A stretch of 64,000 nucleotides of DNA from Candidatus Binataceae bacterium. GTDB taxonomy: Bacteria > Desulfobacterota > Binatia > Binatales > Binataceae. The DNA lies in the NCBI GenBank assembly GCA_041491005.1, contig JBGPUE010000008.1, positions 7,212 to 71,211 of the forward strand. Reading direction: 5' to 3'. The translations under genes were made by a program, and so were the position numbers. Below are positions 63,981-64,000 of the stretch, in pieces; within the stretch, counting starts at the first letter, position 1, and each line of letters opens with the position of its first letter. Under the pieces are notes generated by a model that worked only from the letters and a program-made list of their open reading frames with translations, was not told the origin of the DNA and ran no database searches.

Positions 63981-64000
63981 AGGTCGCTGTTCGCCCCGCC

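Noticed and set aside
63978-64000. A new plus-strand ORF (ATG AAG GTC GCT GTT CGC CCC GCC) overlapping the GT9 stop as ATGA
   Set aside because: Only 8 codons are visible before the window ends. It is plausible as a coupled downstream gene, but the visible sequence cannot support it.

Overview
This is a 64-kb high-GC chromosomal segment (about 63-67% G+C in spot hand counts). It comes from a Gram-negative-type bacterium, judging by an LPS heptosyltransferase, Slt, AmgK/MurU and lipoproteins. I can support about 63 densely packed protein-coding genes, many of them translationally coupled through ATGA/TGATG/GTGA overlaps. Three themes dominate. (a) Acyl-CoA-type catabolism: four family-III CoA-transferase paralogs, two thiolase-fold proteins, DUF35, a crotonase, a MaoC hot-dog pair, an ADH-MmsA-HyuA-HyuB operon, an amidase and a PaaK-like ligase. 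(b) Envelope functions: two GT39, GT2, GT9, a sulfatase, Slt and AmgK-MurU. (c) Housekeeping and redox: GltA, TlpA-BolA-Grx, ThiI, Maf-YggS-ProC-YggT-DUF167, Tag, MenA and a partial complex I cluster nuoA-nuoC-nuoD. I saw no rRNA, tRNA, CRISPR array, transposase or integrase. Two families of short inverted-repeat (REP/MITE-like) elements punctuate intergenic regions. My candidates for something new, in order: (1) a lower-GC single-gene cassette right after nuoD, encoding a beta-class DNA methyltransferase fused to an Mrr-like PD-(D/E)xK domain and bracketed by ~35-bp inverted repeats; (2) nuoA-nuoC-nuoD with no nuoB; (3) an orphan gene pair (an HExxH protein with a poly-basic tail plus a 182-aa unknown) next to a ~39%-GC intergenic island; (4) an Ltp2/DUF35/MaoC-type cleavage module with an embedded PHP gene; (5) an Slt gene with a single in-frame TAG. 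None of these is proven. All family calls come from motif recognition by eye, with no database search.
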